Source: an uncultured cyanobacterium
GTDB lineage: Bacteria > Cyanobacteriota > Cyanobacteriia > Cyanobacteriales > CAWCAG01
Direction: 5' to 3'
Assembly (NCBI GenBank): GCA_963803805.1
Contig: CAWDOD010000002.1
Span: forward strand, 544,001-608,000
DNA length: 64,000 nt
Positions within the stretch are counted from its first letter, which is position 1. The number at the start of each line of letters is the position of its first letter. The notes below the pieces were generated by a model that was not told where the DNA came from, did no database searches, and saw only the letters and a list, made by a program, of their open reading frames with translations. Positions 29,740-39,572 of this stretch are shown here, piece by piece. The translations under genes and the position numbers were made by a program.

Positions 29740-30414
29740 TTTTTATTTCTCCTAAAATTCATCTATTTAGTTGCATTTTTCGTTGAGCTGGATGAAAATT
29801 AAATACTAAAGATGTTGCGAATAGACTTCTTTTCAAAGACAGTAGCTATTGCAAGTTGATTTTATGGGCAACTTGAAATTAACTAGGCACTCGTGTATCT
29901 GAAATGCTACTTTTCAAGAAAATTGTTAGATAAAATTTTTATCTATTTCTTCTTTAGTGGCAACATTATTAAATAATTCATGCCTCACTATTCAATGTCT
30001 ATATTACATATGAAACATGATTTTGGAAGCAAAATTTATATTTCTAAATCTGAACAAAAGCATTGTTTCCATTCTTTATAGTTGCTTTTTATATACGGGA
30101 AAACTGCTAGTTTAAAATCATAATTTGTTGCTAATTAAAATTGATTTTTAAGTGCTTTGTTCTCATTAATTAATCTCTTTAAAGAGACTTTATACATATT
30201 CCCTGTAAAATCTTCATGTTTAAATTGACCTGTATAGCTGAAATTACTTAAGTATGCGAGCTTTCAGATATTTAAACCACTTATAGAGGAAAAGTGATAG
30301 GTAATAGTTAGTGGGTAAGAAGTACAGCTTATTTTAACTACTAATTCAACCAGATGTCTTTTCAATGTGTAACTGCTGATCATGCCACTCAAACTTATCG
30401 GCGATCGCGCTTTA

Positions 30415-30873
30415 CTAATCATAGGGAAGACCATTTTTATGGCTAAACTTCCAAGTACCATGCTCATCTGTTGCAACTAGATCATTGTCGGGATAATTTA
30501 CTAGATCTTGGAGTGTGCGATCGCCTACTTCTAAGTAGATTACATCTGCATTAGAATTATTCACTAAGTGATGCCCATCAGCTTCCCCTGCCGGAAATCC
30601 TGCTGCCATTCCTGGCTGCAAAATCTGTTCTCCAGCATCAGTAATTAAGGTTGCTTCACCGGAAATAATGTAGATAAATTCATCTTGTTTACCGTGGTAG
30701 TGTCGTAGGGCAGAATGACTTCCTGGCTTTAGTTTGACCCAATTCACACCGAAGTTTTTTAGCCCAGCAACATTTCCCAACCTCTTCTTAATTCGCCCTG
30801 CAACTAGGGGTTGAAACTCCTGGGGATAGTTTGAACCCCTGGTTGGTAGAACATCTTGAGGATCAATAATCAT
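30415..30873 (-). CDS. Cupin domain protein
   Basis: SALRHYH..QDEFIYI, GFPAG..DGHHLVN, YLEVGDR. Confidence 0.9.
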   Translation of the reverse strand: MIIDPQDVLPTRGSNYPQEFQPLVAGRIKKRLGNVAGLKNFGVNWVKLKPGSHSALRHYHGKQDEFIYIISGEATLITDAGEQILQPGMAAGFPAGEADGHHLVNNSNADVIYLEVGDRTLQDLVNYPDNDLVATDEHGTWKFSHKNGLPYD

Positions 30874-31070
30874 AAGCTAATTTTACTCCTAATAGCTTCT
30901 CATAATGTCAAGTTTGCCATACAGTTACAAACAACTTGAAGAAAAGCATGATCATTGCAATCTCTCATTGTTAACAATTATTTATGAGTGCGTATAAAAA
31001 GCTTCTTGAGCAATAAATCACCAATAAGGAACCATCAATTGTTTTCTCTTTCATTCTCAAGGATCTGTTT

Positions 31071-32180
31071 ATGTATCTTCTTGCCCTCAAGTCATTCAAG
31101 TTTTCCTCTCGTTTCAGCGCCCTTGCTACTTTTCTAACGATTGTTTTCCTTTCCCCCTTAGTCAAAGCAGGAACTATTCGGCACGACACCAGCGACTCAT
31201 ATTACCAAAATCTTGCCCATAAATTTCCTAGTGTTGGCTATCTCAGTGGCAAGAATACAACTAAAGCTTGGGCTTGCTCTGGAACTTTAATTGCTCAACG
31301 CTATGTCCTCACTGCTGCTCACTGTGTTGACAATGATGAAGGTTGGATGAATCAAGGTACTTTTTGGTTAGGAGAGCAACCCCACAGTGTCAGTCAAATC
31401 GGTATCCACAGAGATTGGTTATCTACAAATAGAGACTTAGTAGATGGTGTTGACTTAGCAATTTTACGTTTAGCAAGCAGCGTCACTAACGTTGCTCCAG
31501 CCCAGCTTTACACTGAGGGTAATGAAGACTTGCAACAGGGTGAATATGTTGGTTTTGGTAGAACTGGTAATGGTGAAACAGGCGATCAGCTTAACTCAGG
31601 AACAAAGAGGGCTGGCGAGAATATCATCGAAATTGCTACTAAGCTGGGCTACAACAATCGACTACTATTCTCAGACTTTGATGATCCTCGTCTTTCTCCT
31701 GCTGAAACTCTAGAATATCAATTAGCTCCCGGAGATAGTGGTGGCGGTTTGTTTATTGATAATCGTTTGGCTGGGGTTAATTCCTTTATAGTTGCTAGAG
31801 ATGGCAACAACGACTCAGATTATGGTGATTTTTCAGTTGCGGTAAGAACTTCATCTTGGTACGATTGGATTTTAGGAGCCAGTAACTATCTGACTGATGT
31901 TAGCCCTACATATGAGCAAGCACTAGCACCATCTAGAAAAGGATACAATTGGTTCGATGATCGTTACTTTGTAGAAACTGTTTTTAGTGATGTAGATTTT
32001 GAGCAGTATGCTAACAACATTGAGCCTGAAGAAGAGACAGAGAATACAGAGGATACAGATAAGCTAGAAGTGGAAAAATCCCCCGACAACAAGGTTGATG
32101 TTCCCGAACCAGGAATGACATTGGGTTTACTTTCTTTAGTTGCGATCGCAGGAAGAATGGTCAAGGGTAACAAAAAGTAA
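31071..32180 (+). CDS. Trypsin-like (S1) serine protease with PEP-CTERM anchor
   Basis: CSGTLI, LTAAHC, DLAILRL, PGDSGGG catalytic triad; C-terminal VPEP + TM + basic tail. Confidence 0.9.
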   Translation: MYLLALKSFKFSSRFSALATFLTIVFLSPLVKAGTIRHDTSDSYYQNLAHKFPSVGYLSGKNTTKAWACSGTLIAQRYVLTAAHCVDNDEGWMNQGTFWLGEQPHSVSQIGIHRDWLSTNRDLVDGVDLAILRLASSVTNVAPAQLYTEGNEDLQQGEYVGFGRTGNGETGDQLNSGTKRAGENIIEIATKLGYNNRLLFSDFDDPRLSPAETLEYQLAPGDSGGGLFIDNRLAGVNSFIVARDGNNDSDYGDFSVAVRTSSWYDWILGASNYLTDVSPTYEQALAPSRKGYNWFDDRYFVETVFSDVDFEQYANNIEPEEETENTEDTDKLEVEKSPDNKVDVPEPGMTLGLLSLVAIAGRMVKGNKK

Positions 32181-32189
32181 GCGTATATC

Positions 32190-32350
32190 GCCTACGAATT
32201 AATTCGTGGGCTAGTAGCAATCGGCATCTAAAGATGACTAAGGAATTAGCTTTTGGGAGTTTGGTTACAGTTTTTTTAGGCAAGATTACAGCATTTGGTA
32301 GTCATCTTGAAGATGCTTAGGCTATAAGCTGTGAGATTTTAATCCTTGGC
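32190..32350. repeat. REP/MITE-like composite inverted repeat
   Basis: Hairpin GCCTACGAATTAATTCGTGGGC (32190-32211); inverted arms GCATCTAAAGATGACTA (32224) and TAGTCATCTTGAAGATGC (32299); degenerate mirror hairpin ending near 32350. Confidence 0.55.
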
Positions 32351-32408
32351 TAGGCTAGGACTACCTCCAGTAGGGCAGAGGCGATTAACTGATAACTGTT
32401 CACTGAAA

Positions 32409-32768
32409 TTAACCCCGACTTCTAGTAATATCAATGGTAATTTCACCATTAAAATCAGGAATGGGGGCAGCTAGTTTGGTTAACTCAACTCTGACTTGCT
32501 GGATCGGATCTATCGCTAAAATTGCTTTAGCAATCTCCGTAGCTAATTTTTCGATTAAGTCGAACTTAGCTGTGGTGACAATTTGTTTAACTGTCGAAAT
32601 TGCTTGGCGATAATCAAGGGTTTTAGTAAGATCATCACTGCTTCCTGATGTGGTTAAATCTAGCCACAAAGTTAAATCCACCTCAAACCATTGTCCTAAT
32701 ACTTTTTCTTCTGGCAAATATCCGGTGTAGCCATAGCAGCGAATTTGAGAAACTTTAATTTTATCCAT
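32409..32768 (-). CDS. folB: Dihydroneopterin aldolase
   Basis: YGYTGYLPEE..LGQWFEVD, SDDL..TLDY, LIEKLA. Confidence 0.95.
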   Translation of the reverse strand: MDKIKVSQIRCYGYTGYLPEEKVLGQWFEVDLTLWLDLTTSGSSDDLTKTLDYRQAISTVKQIVTTAKFDLIEKLATEIAKAILAIDPIQQVRVELTKLAAPIPDFNGEITIDITRSRG

Positions 32769-32888
32769 ATTGGTTTTATTTAGTCAATCAGGGTTAGGAA
32801 TAAGTTGTTGACTAGAACAGTGTACCTAGATTTGGCTCGACTTTTTATATTAAGCTCAAACTTACTTTAGTAATTTTTTTAGTTAAGA

Positions 32889-33713
32889 ATGAAAGTTTGG
32901 CAAGTTGATTTTTATCGCCGGCAATCACCGAAGCAACAAGGACAAGTTGTTTGGGAACTAATCATCTGTCAACCGGAAGGTGATTTGCTTTTTGAAGCAC
33001 AATGTCTACAATCTCAAGCTAATTCAGCTTGGTTGGTTGAACAATTGCAAAAGGCAGCTTCAGGAAAGCTACCAGACAAATTACAGGTATTTCGCCCCCA
33101 GTCTTTAACTTTAGTCACTGTGGCAGGGGAAAAGTTGGGCATAGCAGTAGAAGCAACCCGACATACCCTCGCTTTGAAACAAGAATTACAACAACGCAAC
33201 AACCCCATTGAAGTTGAACAAAATCCCCCCCAAGCCTTGCCAGATAAACTGTGGGGAGAGAAGTGGGGCTTCGTAACCTTTCCGGCAGGAAGTATAGAAG
33301 AGATATTTGGCGATCGCCCTATTCCCATCCGCAGTTTACCAACTTCTCTGTTACCTATCAACCTTGGTATTGCTTCCACTGTCAAAGTACCAGGAGTTGT
33401 CATTTATGGGGGTAGAAAGTCTATGCAGCTAGCCAGTTGGCTACAAGAAGTTAAACCAGCAGCCTTGAATTACATTCCCACAGAAGTAGCTAAATCTGGG
33501 GGTTTGGTTTTAGCCGCAGGATTAGTAGATCGTTGGATTGTTGCTACTTTTGAAGATGAAGAGGTAGCTAAAGCAGCGAAAGCTTATGAAGAAAGGAAGC
33601 AAGCTAGCCAAGGATTACATTTTCTCCTTATACAACCCGATGATTCTGCTATGACAACCAGTGGGTTTTGGTTGATTAAGTCCGATATATCACTGAGTCA
33701 AATCAGCTATTAG
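32889..33713 (+). CDS. Tab2/Atab2 family RNA-binding protein
   Basis: WQVDFYRR, WELIIC, FRPQ, LWGEKW, GLVDRWIVATF, GLHFLLIQPDD. Confidence 0.9.
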   Translation: MKVWQVDFYRRQSPKQQGQVVWELIICQPEGDLLFEAQCLQSQANSAWLVEQLQKAASGKLPDKLQVFRPQSLTLVTVAGEKLGIAVEATRHTLALKQELQQRNNPIEVEQNPPQALPDKLWGEKWGFVTFPAGSIEEIFGDRPIPIRSLPTSLLPINLGIASTVKVPGVVIYGGRKSMQLASWLQEVKPAALNYIPTEVAKSGGLVLAAGLVDRWIVATFEDEEVAKAAKAYEERKQASQGLHFLLIQPDDSAMTTSGFWLIKSDISLSQISY

Positions 33714-33879
33714 GAAGTGCCTAAGTCCCTGCCACAAGGAAATTGGAGATTATTATTTCGTCGAATTTTTTTTGATCTAATCTTGATACAAATAGAGAAA
33801 AACTACATCGTATCTTTACTTAATTTCTCCGGAACTCCATTAACTTGGTTCTATACCAACAAATACAGGAGTTCAACTT

Positions 33880-34749
33880 ATGTTTTCTCTTAAAAAACTT
33901 GCTTTTACCACTGCTGGATCTGGATTAATCGCTTTAGGTTTAGGATTCACTGAAATAGTACAAGCCCAACCTCTTAATTGGAAGTATACCGTCGATAACT
34001 TCGCTGATGGCACTGATGCCACCGGAGTTAGTGGAGATTTTGAAATGTTTGGTACAGCTTATGCCCAACAAGGAAATCGCCTCTATGTTGGTATCAACAG
34101 TAACCTTGCCAAAGGAGGTGTAGCTTACAACGGTGCTGCTGATAAAAACATTAACTACGGGGATTTCTTTTTTAACTTCTCTGGTAAACAATTCAACCAA
34201 GCCATGAATGACGGAGACTTATTTGCTGTCAAATTCGCTGAAGGTAATGATTCTGGTGCAACAGAATTAGGGCTTTATGGAGGAGTCAAAGCTAAGAGTG
34301 TAACTTCAACAAACAGTGGCTATTCTAACTTAAATAAATACAACGAAAGGGTTGGAAAACTAACTGGTAACGATGCTTCTGTAGGAGATTTGACAATTGA
34401 AGAAACTTACGATTACTTGGGCAAAAATACTTCTATTCTTAATGTTATTGACACCTATGAAACCGTAGTTAGCAATGATGTCACCTTGATTGATGACTTC
34501 AGCAGCTTAGGACTCGATTTTGCTAGCAATTTGGGTCAAACTGGTAAGTATATCTATGGTTTCAGCTTTGATATCTCCAACCTTCCTAAAGGAGACTTTG
34601 TTGCTCATTTATTGGCAGAATGTGGGAACGATAGTATTGCTATCCTTGGTAAAATTGAAACTCAAGATGTCCCTGAACCGGCAACAGCAGCTAGCTTGGC
34701 CATCTTCGGATTAGGCTTAGCGGCTCGTCGCCAACGCCGTCAAGCTTAA
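33880..34749 (+). CDS. PEP-CTERM surface protein (XDD3-like)
   Basis: Signal peptide with AGGAG RBS; YGDFFFNF, AHLLAECGND; VPEPAT + TM + RRQRR. Confidence 0.85.
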   Translation: MFSLKKLAFTTAGSGLIALGLGFTEIVQAQPLNWKYTVDNFADGTDATGVSGDFEMFGTAYAQQGNRLYVGINSNLAKGGVAYNGAADKNINYGDFFFNFSGKQFNQAMNDGDLFAVKFAEGNDSGATELGLYGGVKAKSVTSTNSGYSNLNKYNERVGKLTGNDASVGDLTIEETYDYLGKNTSILNVIDTYETVVSNDVTLIDDFSSLGLDFASNLGQTGKYIYGFSFDISNLPKGDFVAHLLAECGNDSIAILGKIETQDVPEPATAASLAIFGLGLAARRQRRQA

Positions 34750-34957
34750 GTTAGTTAAGTTTAAGGATACAAGCTAGCAATCAGGGGTAATTTTGTTAGC
34801 AAAGAAGACAAAAGTAACCAACAACAAATTTCGTAGTTATACCAGAAAGCTTCCTTAATTAAAGTTGAATCTCTTCAATTACAACAAACTAATCTTTCTC
34901 AAAATCTAAAACTTTGCCGTTAAGATAGTAAGAGTCTTTGCCATTACCTTCTATCTT

Positions 34958-35182
34958 ATGTCAAAAGAACTCCAACGCATTTTCCCTGCACCTCCTCCTC
35001 CTGCGGAAATGTTTGCTACCCATCAATTAGCCCAGGAATTCCGCCGGGAAGCAGAACATCGCCAGGAATTCAAAGAGTATTGTCAGTGGTATCATCAAAC
35101 AGCTTTGCAAAACCAACAAGAAGTAGCAGCAATGCACAATGATATTAATATTTTCGGTTGGTTTCTAAGAGGCAGAAAGTAA
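34958..35182 (+). CDS. Small conserved cyanobacterial hypothetical protein
   Basis: 74 aa; EF..YCQWY...A.Q.QQE...M..DINIFGWF pattern. Confidence 0.7.
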   Translation: MSKELQRIFPAPPPPAEMFATHQLAQEFRREAEHRQEFKEYCQWYHQTALQNQQEVAAMHNDINIFGWFLRGRK

Positions 35183-35191
35183 AGGAGAAAA

Positions 35192-35228
35192 AATTGTACG
35201 GCTTGTGGTTGCCGTTAGGCATCATTGA
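35192..35228 (-). repeat. Small dispersed repeat, copy 3 (supplies the stop codon of the lipoate ligase gene)
   Basis: AATTGTACGGCTTGTGGTTGCCGTTAGGCATCATTGA overlaps the ...VNDA* end of ORF 35215-35871. Confidence 0.75.
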
Positions 35229-35871
35229 CAAAAACTTCCCAAGCAGCTTTAGTAAGGGCTTCAATAATAGTTGCTTGGCTAAAGTTGAATGGAGGAGGAT
35301 TTATTTTTTGGCCAAAAACTTGCTCAAATAGTTGAGGATTGGGATTTAATACTATTGAGCCATGTTGCAAAACTGCATTGCCACGACGTAACTGGGCGCT
35401 ACCAACTAACTTCTGCCCATCCGTTGTTACCAAGTCTGCCCCTGTCGCTGCGGCAAAACAGTTAGGATTACCAATGTATCCTCTACCCTTTTCACCATAA
35501 TAAAGTTCTACCCCTAGCGATCGCCAACCTTGAATCAGGAATTGACAAATATATTCATAGACATCTGCTAGTTTGCCAGGAAGGTTAGAAGTTACTACCA
35601 TATAGGTTAAATCTCCTTGATGCAATACAGCCCTCCCTCCCGTCGGACGGCGTACTAAATCTACAGGTTGACCTCGCCAGGATAAATTCTGCCAGTGGGC
35701 AGGAAATTTACGTTGATGGTAGCCCAAGGAAATAGTTGCAGGATGCCAGGTATAGAAGCGCAAAGTCGCTGGCTGTTGATTTTGGCGATGTTGTTCTAAT
35801 AACCATTCATCAAAAGCCATTTGTTGAGTTCCCGATGCAGTGGAAAAAGGCAGAAAACACCAGCTTTTCAT
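35215..35871 (-). CDS. Lipoate-protein ligase A / octanoyltransferase family protein
   Basis: LRFYTW, VRRPTGGRAVLH, KLVGSAQ, LQHGSI. Confidence 0.9.
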   Translation of the reverse strand: MKSWCFLPFSTASGTQQMAFDEWLLEQHRQNQQPATLRFYTWHPATISLGYHQRKFPAHWQNLSWRGQPVDLVRRPTGGRAVLHQGDLTYMVVTSNLPGKLADVYEYICQFLIQGWRSLGVELYYGEKGRGYIGNPNCFAAATGADLVTTDGQKLVGSAQLRRGNAVLQHGSIVLNPNPQLFEQVFGQKINPPPFNFSQATIIEALTKAAWEVFVNDA

Positions 35872-35879
35872 GTGACCAT

Positions 35880-36959
35880 TTAACCAACCAAAGAAACCTC
35901 AGTTTCAGTTATATTATCTTGCACTGAAGAATCATTTTTTCGTAGTAAGGTTGCTGTGCTTTTGAGGCAACCAGCTACAGGTAAAGCGATTAACACCCCT
36001 AAGACTCCTGCAACCTTTGCCCCGATGAGTAAAGAAACCAAAATCCACACGGGATTCAAACCAATAAATCCCCCTAAAAGCTTTGGGGCAATACCATTTT
36101 CAATGGCTTGTTCGATAATAACCGCAACAATAAGCACCCTTAAACCAAGCCAAAAACTCTTTAAGGCAACTAAGAAGCTAACAACAAAAATACTTGAGAT
36201 TGCACCGAAGGGAAACAACGCCATTACCCCAACTCCTAAACCAAATAGCAAGCTGAAGGGGGTTTGCAAAATTGTCAAAGCTAAAGTCATCGATAAACCA
36301 ATGATGGCGGCTAAGGAAGCTTGACCAATAAAATAGTTATTAAAGTTTTGCCGCAGTAGTTGTTGTATTTGTGAAGCGGCGGGTTGAGGGAGCCATTCTC
36401 CTACACCATCCCATACTTTGGAGCCTTGCAGAAGTAAATAGAAGGTGAGTACTATAATCAAGACTGAATCTACGATGTTACCTACAGTTCCCAATGCAAA
36501 ACCAAGAATTTCTCCTGTAAAAGATTGCAGCAACTCAGAAACTTTGGCAGCGAGTTGACTAGCTACACCACTAAGTTCGACGGGGAAGTTGCGCATAGTC
36601 GCCCATTTGTTAAGGGTTTGCAGTTGTTGAGTTCCCGATTCTAGCCAACTGGGAAGACGCTCTGCTAACTCTACTATTTGTTCTACAATTATGGGGGCTA
36701 AGGTGATACCGAGAATTCCTAAAACCAAGAAAGCAATGAGGAAAACTCCCAAAACAGCATAGCCACGTTTGATGTGGTGAGAGGTGAGTAGTTGAACGGG
36801 ATAGTTTAAGATGAAGGCGAAAAGGTTGGCGGTGATGAAAACTGTGATTAGAGACTCGAAATAGTGAAATACAATGAGAAATACCCAGCCATTAAGGACA
36901 ATTAAGGGAAAAGATAAAGCCCACTTAACCCAATCTGGTAGTTTGTCTGTTAGTTTCAT
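35880..36959 (-). CDS. AI-2E family transporter
   Basis: AFILNYPV, multiple TM helices, IAPKLLG..IGLNPVW, GVLIALP. Confidence 0.9.
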   Translation of the reverse strand: MKLTDKLPDWVKWALSFPLIVLNGWVFLIVFHYFESLITVFITANLFAFILNYPVQLLTSHHIKRGYAVLGVFLIAFLVLGILGITLAPIIVEQIVELAERLPSWLESGTQQLQTLNKWATMRNFPVELSGVASQLAAKVSELLQSFTGEILGFALGTVGNIVDSVLIIVLTFYLLLQGSKVWDGVGEWLPQPAASQIQQLLRQNFNNYFIGQASLAAIIGLSMTLALTILQTPFSLLFGLGVGVMALFPFGAISSIFVVSFLVALKSFWLGLRVLIVAVIIEQAIENGIAPKLLGGFIGLNPVWILVSLLIGAKVAGVLGVLIALPVAGCLKSTATLLRKNDSSVQDNITETEVSLVG

Positions 36960-37036
36960 TATTTTTTGATCAGGGAACAGGATCGGTTTAAAATTAAAAA
37001 TTAAAAATGAGGAATAGGAAATAGGAATATAATTTC

Positions 37037-37804
37037 TTAGTTGATTAGTTGCCAGTTTTGGTTGAAAAATCTGCGGTAGATGCCTTGGGTAATTAAGGAA
37101 GTTACTATAAGATTAGCTAATAATTGCATAAAGAGCAGCAAGATTTCGTAGGAAGCAGCATTAAGAGGCTCTACTCCTGTCAATAACTGTCCGGAGAAAA
37201 AGGCAGGTATAGTTGCCATGGCTATTACTGTCATTTGATTAAGGGAGGGGATTAATCCTGCCCTAATTGCTTCCCGACGATAGGTGATGATAGCTTGGTT
37301 AGGATTTGCCCCTAAACTGAGATGGGTTTCAATTTCTAGGCGGTTGTTATTGATGGCACTAACTAAACGTTCTCCAGCTATAGTAGAACCGTTAATAGCA
37401 TTGGCTAAAATCATAGCAGCTAGGGGAATGAGATATTGGGGTTGATACCAAGTATCTGGTTGAATGATTAAAAGTATGGTGTAACCTAAAACAACTGCAA
37501 TTCCAGCTAAGATTGCTCCCCAAACTATTAAAAATAAGCCCCGCAGTTTTTTACCCAGGCGGCTATTAATAAAGACTGCGGCGATAATCGACATTACCGC
37601 AACAGTTAAAACCACTAACCAAGGATTGTTAAAAGCAAAGATAAAATCTAGGGCATAGCCTACCGCTAATAACTGCACTAAGGATCGCCCTGTAGCCATA
37701 AGAATTTGACTAGATAAGCCTAGTTTTTGCCAACTTGCAATACCAAGGGCGATGCCAATTAAAATTAGGGATAGGATTAAGTCAAAAAAGTTTAGTTGGT
37801 TCAA
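37037..37804 (-). CDS. fetB: ABC transporter permease, FetB/YbbM (UPF0014) family
   Basis: RSLVQLLAVGY, PQYLIP, LSLGA, GQLL.G..PL.AA.Y. Confidence 0.8.
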   Translation of the reverse strand: MNQLNFFDLILSLILIGIALGIASWQKLGLSSQILMATGRSLVQLLAVGYALDFIFAFNNPWLVVLTVAVMSIIAAVFINSRLGKKLRGLFLIVWGAILAGIAVVLGYTILLIIQPDTWYQPQYLIPLAAMILANAINGSTIAGERLVSAINNNRLEIETHLSLGANPNQAIITYRREAIRAGLIPSLNQMTVIAMATIPAFFSGQLLTGVEPLNAASYEILLLFMQLLANLIVTSLITQGIYRRFFNQNWQLIN

Positions 37805-38469
37805 TTTCCTTCAATTCTTTGTTGCACTTTTTGACGAGAGGAAGAAGAAGAAAAAGCTTCGTAAACAGTGTACCAATTAGCTTTATCTACTACTCTAGGA
37901 TAGAGCATTACTGCTACATTTTCTTGTTCTGCTGGGAATCTAAAAGCTGCAATAATTTCTTTAACCTGGGCGACACTAAAATAGCCTTCCCTAGCCGGTT
38001 GTGCCAGAAACTCCATCTGATTGGGACGACTACGTTTGAGTGCGGTGATAAACTGGGCAAACTCCCTCTCATCCATCAAGACACCAACAGTATCATCAGG
38101 AATATTACCACCTTGATAACTACCCATGACACTGTAAATACGCCGCACCCAACCAATCACTTCAGCCTGCTGGTTAGCACTTACTCCGGCAACCATAATA
38201 GTGGCTTGTGTGGCTCTACCGGAGGTTATACTACAGTCAACCACAGCTTTAAGATTACCTCTAATCCCAGTGGCAGATACAGAACTTTTGCTTAAGTTGC
38301 GAAAACTTTCATTTCTTAAAACTGCATGGGCTAATTCTGCACAACCTTGACTATTAGTATTTAACTGTAGGTAAGCATATTGTAATTCCGCAGCAGCGAT
38401 CGCAGGGACAGTATTACTTAATAAACTGAAGCTACAAACTGTTGCTAAAGCAGGATAGATATTTTTCAT
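37801..38469 (-). CDS. Secreted protein with C-terminal DUF4476-like domain
   Basis: Signal peptide from ATG 38469; C-terminal FSVAQVKEI...LYPRVVDKANW. Confidence 0.65.
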   Translation of the reverse strand: MKNIYPALATVCSFSLLSNTVPAIAAAELQYAYLQLNTNSQGCAELAHAVLRNESFRNLSKSSVSATGIRGNLKAVVDCSITSGRATQATIMVAGVSANQQAEVIGWVRRIYSVMGSYQGGNIPDDTVGVLMDEREFAQFITALKRSRPNQMEFLAQPAREGYFSVAQVKEIIAAFRFPAEQENVAVMLYPRVVDKANWYTVYEAFSSSSSRQKVQQRIEGN

Positions 38470-38545
38470 AATGGTGCTTAAAAGAGTAAAGTATTTGAGA
38501 CGAGTAGGCAATAGCATTTGTTGCTAGCAAGGGAAGGCAGAAATT

Positions 38546-39364
38546 ATGAATATTACGATTCTTGGCTGTGGTTATGTAGGTAAAGCAGTGGCTCATAAAT
38601 GGAATATTGCAGGACATAATCTTACTGTCACCACAACCACCCCAGAAAACGTGACAGAATTAGCAAAAATTGCTCAACAAGTAGTAGTTATTAAAGGAGA
38701 TAATTCCTCTGCTCTAAAGAATTTGATTAGTGACCAAGAGACAATTGTTTTTAGTGTTGGAGCTAAAAAACGTACCGTTGCAACTTATCAAGAAACCTAT
38801 CTAAATACAGCACAAAACTTAGTTACCGCCCTAGAAAATAATTCTACAGTCAAACATTTGATTTATACCGGAAGTTATGCCCTTTATGGTGATCAAAAAG
38901 GAGAGTGGATTGATGAAACTGCTCCCATTGAACCTCAAAATGAATATAGTCAAATTTTAGCAGCAACAGAGGAGATTTTATTAACAGCTAATTTACCAGT
39001 GTGTATCTTCCGTTTAGGAGGAATTTATGGCCCTGGCAGGGAAGTAGTTAAAATTTTTCGTAGTTGGGCTGGTACTACTCGCCCTGGTACGGGAGAGGAT
39101 GCGGCAAACTGGATTCATTTAGATGATATTGTTGCTGCATTAGAGTTAGCAAGAGTTAAAAAGTTAGCAGGAATTTATCACTTAGTAAATGATCTTCCGT
39201 TAACCAAAAAACAGTTATTAGATAACTTGTGCAACAAACATGGTTTATCACCCGTTAGCTGGTCAAATTCTGCTGATTATATAAGTCCTTACAATGCTCG
39301 GTTATCTAACCAAAAAATCAAAGATGCTGGTTTAAAATTAATTCATCAAGAAACTGAGGTGTAG
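38546..39364 (+). CDS. NAD(P)-dependent SDR/epimerase family oxidoreductase
   Basis: ILGCGYVG Rossmann motif, RLGGIYGPGR, NWIHLDDI. Confidence 0.9.
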   Translation: MNITILGCGYVGKAVAHKWNIAGHNLTVTTTTPENVTELAKIAQQVVVIKGDNSSALKNLISDQETIVFSVGAKKRTVATYQETYLNTAQNLVTALENNSTVKHLIYTGSYALYGDQKGEWIDETAPIEPQNEYSQILAATEEILLTANLPVCIFRLGGIYGPGREVVKIFRSWAGTTRPGTGEDAANWIHLDDIVAALELARVKKLAGIYHLVNDLPLTKKQLLDNLCNKHGLSPVSWSNSADYISPYNARLSNQKIKDAGLKLIHQETEV

Positions 39365-39463
39365 GTACGCAAACCTAAAAATAATCTTCAATGATTAATG
39401 ATCATATTTCCTTTCAAGGAGAGGTTTTCAAACAAATCCAATAACTATAAATTGCCAATCTTA

Positions 39464-39492
39464 GTCTACGATAACGGCAAAGCCGTACAATT
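39464..39492 (+). repeat. Small dispersed repeat, copy 4 (degenerate)
   Basis: GTCTACGATAACGGCAAAGCCGTACAATT. Confidence 0.6.
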
Positions 39493-39572
39493 ATCAATTT
39501 ACAAAACTATCCTGACTAGCTATATACTTTTAGGCATTATATTAGGTAGTTTAAAGAAAACCAAACTTTTAA

